Of a stretch of 64,000 nucleotides of DNA, positions 61,250 to 64,000 are shown one piece after another (within the stretch, counting starts at the first letter, position 1; each line of letters opens with the position of its first letter). The stretch is from Chlorokybus atmophyticus (taxonomy: Eukaryota; Plantae; Mesostigma and Chlorokybus algae), in assembly GCA_009103225.1 (NCBI GenBank), contig RHPI01003578.1, positions 1 through 64,000 of the forward strand, in the 5' to 3' direction. The notes beneath the pieces are model-generated. The model had not been told where the DNA came from. It searched no databases and saw only the letters and a program-made list of their open reading frames with translations. The translations under genes were made by a program, and so were the position numbers.

Positions 61250-62420
61250 ATAAAGTTACCTCTTTGTTGTCATCAAAAGTTGCTCATCCAGGGTACTTAT
61301 GTCAACATTGTCATTGGTGTCTTGTAATATCACTCCGGCGATGTCCGGTGGCAACAACGCGGCATCAAGTTTTTCACAATAATTGAGCGACATTGGCCAA
61401 TAATTGGGAAAAGGGTTGACCCAACCACGGTGCTCATGCCGTTCGCGTAACAAATGCACATCTTGTATACGCTGCATTATGCAGTCTGCATATTATATGT
61501 ACCGTACTTGATATTGTCACTATTATATACGCCACTAGCAATATAGTAGCGATTTATATAATTGGACATCAAAATCTCAGCAATCTTTAGAGTTGTGTTG
61601 GAGCCTTGCAATATGCGTGGCAACAAGCGATAAAAACCTTCCAATGCATTTGTTCCGCGTGCGCTGACAAAGCGCGGTGCTGTTCCGAATTTTGCAACAT
61701 TTTATTACAGCTTAAATGACAATGCATTTGGGAAACATTTGTCATCATGACGGGTACTACAAGTTCGAGTCGCATTTGCACGAATCACTTACCGCTTAAT
61801 TTACCATCGCAGATCAGCTGCATTCATCTTTCATGCAGACCTTCCATTCCAAATGTTCAAAGTTGTGTATGAGTGGTTGCGTTAGGCACTGCTGTAAATG
61901 TATGAATGGCTGCTTGAATACGTTGTTTTAATAACACCTTTTTGAGTATACGATGTGGAATGCGTTGTCGCTACTATTGCTCCGCCACCCCATCCACATT
62001 GTCCGCGAACTTCATTGTAATATCATTTAAATGACGATGGTGAAGGCTTTGCTTATCATAATCTCTTAGATACATGGCATGCTTCGGCTCATTAAGGAAC
62101 TTACCTGCGCCCGCGATAAAAATATAATATGTAGATTATATCGCTATTGCTTGTACATAATCTTACCATAACTTAACGAGTTTGAGCTTATCCTTTAAGG
62201 GGTGCGCATCCGGTATCAATCGTTAATGGCGGACCATAAAATGCCAAGGATCTTCAAGATTACAATCTGTGGGGTCAAATGCGCGCTGTAGTAACAATTG
62301 TTAAGCAGCGGTGTTATCACAGTTATCGCTTGCAAACTTTGCATAAAATATATCGCTTGTTAATCCAGCACGCAGCATGCACAGTTTGCCATACGGCTTG
62401 TATATCAATGTCTCGTACAC
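61250..62420 (-). pseudogene. Zisupton/KDZ-superfamily transposase relic
   Basis: FASDNC, LEDPWHFMVR..HPL (62235-62252), CDGKLS, and SARGTNALEGFYRLL (61633-61659) in the expected order. Confidence 0.7.
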
Positions 62421-62782
62421 GCACTTGACTGTTTATAGTTGGCAATGGTCACTGCGCCACCTTTCGCAGCTCGCCAAGTACATCTTTCAACAATGCACTG
62501 AGTACAAAATACCAGGCCCCTACTCGTTTCTTCCCTTTATAAAGAGTCAACAGTGCTTCAGCTAACTTTTCTCCGCTTTACGTACAAATTGTCAGGAGAG
62601 GGGGTGCTCCCTCCTCCCTTTAACCCCCTACCCCAACACCACCACCAGCCACGTCGCCCACGCCGCCGCCGCCTGGGGCAACTGCCGAAGCAGAAGATCC
62701 CCTGGCTATAGTAGTCGCTGCGTTAGCAGCGCCGCCATGCGGTTGATATCGACATGAGACTCATGTCTCATGTCGATATCAG

Positions 62783-64000
62783 TGTTACAGATAAGTAACA
62801 CGACATTAGGGCCTTAACATAGGTTAACGGTCTTAATGTGGCTTAATAGGCTGTATAATCCCGTTGGGACCCTTATTTAATCTTAAATAAGGGTGGGAAA
62901 CCTCTATGGAGGTAGCACACCGTTGCATTCCCCCCCCACTTAGGTTTTAATGTCCTCATTAAAGGGTTAGCAAAGGCCCCCCACGAGAAAAAGAACGAAA
63001 GTAGTAAGAGAATCAGGGCCGAAGCGGTAAAGATGTTTGCCAGCACCCTTTTACCGTCCGCGTGTAGACAGTGTACTCCAGTACCCCCGAAAAATCTCCT
63101 GGCAGTTGGTAAGATTCTTTTCGGGCTCCCATGCATGGGAGCCCGAAACATATGTATTGTGCTCAACACCATACTCTTTCCATTTCATCAAGTAAGACGG
63201 CGCGCGTCCGCGTTGAGGCTTACGATGACTCAGGATTGCTTCCACCTCAGACTCAAAAGTATCGTCGCCATCCACTGCAACGGGGGGTGGAGGAGGTTAA
63301 ACCCGACCGTCAGAACGGTACGGTTTCAGTACACTCATATGAAACACATTGTGAGTGCGTATCGATTTTGGCAAGTTCAAACGATACGCGTGAGTGCCGA
63401 CCCGATCAATCACTTTAAACGGGCCTATCCAGCGAGGGAAAAACTTGCGGGTACCCACTCCCTTAATGGATATGTTTTTGGTGCTGAGCACCGAACAGCC
63501 CACATCGTAGTTGGCCTCTCTACGATGCGCATCAGCATGGGCTTTTTTTTCTGTCTTGCGCTGCGCGCAAACAGTCCTTTGCCAATGCTAACCTATCCTG
63601 CATGGCCGAAGCCATCTCGCGTGCTACAGGTACGCGAGTTATGTCGGTAGCTGGCAACGTAATATTTGCAGGACTCAATGGATGCACTCCATAATTCAAG
63701 AAAAACGGAGTTTCCTGCATACTCTCTTGCCATGCATTGTTAATTGCGAACTCAGCCATTGAGAGATAAACATCTCAATTTCATTGGTTCGGATTCTCAT
63801 AATGCCGGATGGTTTCCTCAATTATTTGATTGGCGCGCTCTGTCTGACCATCCATCTGCTGATGGTAAGCTGTGCTCATGTTCCGCTGAATATGTGAGAA
63901 GCTGCATAGCGACTTCCAGAACTGAGCTACAAATCGCGGATCGCGATCAGACACGAAGTTACGAGGCAAGCCGTGTAACTTAAACACAAAGGCGACAAAA
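62783..64000 (-). mobile_element. 3' end of a chromoviral Ty3/Gypsy element (integrase, chromodomain, PPT, short 145-bp LTR 62783-62927); continues beyond the window
   Basis: VSDRDPRF..MSTAYHQQMDGQTER; RWIGPF; EVEAILSH..YLMKWKEYG..WEPEKNL; PPT AAGTGGGGGGGAA. Confidence 0.9.

Overview
Eukaryotic, intron-containing, almost entirely transposon-derived region. It is probably from a green-lineage alga (chlorophyte or early streptophyte; inferred from element types, not determined). No intact host gene is evident. It holds a near-intact Copia element (4599-9668), a decayed second Copia, three gag-only non-autonomous LTR elements (one a double-gag chimera seen twice), solo LTRs, two chromoviral Ty3/Gypsy pieces, two DIRS-type pieces, and hAT and Zisupton/KDZ-like transposase relics. 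Highlights: (1) a decayed Ty3/Gypsy element whose pol region carries a DNMT3-like C5 cytosine methyltransferase between protease and RT, plus a PHD finger fused to integrase; (2) a base-precise reciprocal ~21.5-kb inversion (10198-31657), reconstructed from a split gag ORF, a split intron and two split TSDs; (3) once un-inverted, a divergent pair of multi-exon genes (one SET + coiled-coil + possibly Gag-like) bracketed by two different arrays of short palindromes, a candidate undescribed mobile unit; (4) LTRs dense in W-box motifs and a CG/CHG deamination signature. All protein family calls come from motif recognition by eye and need HMM confirmation.
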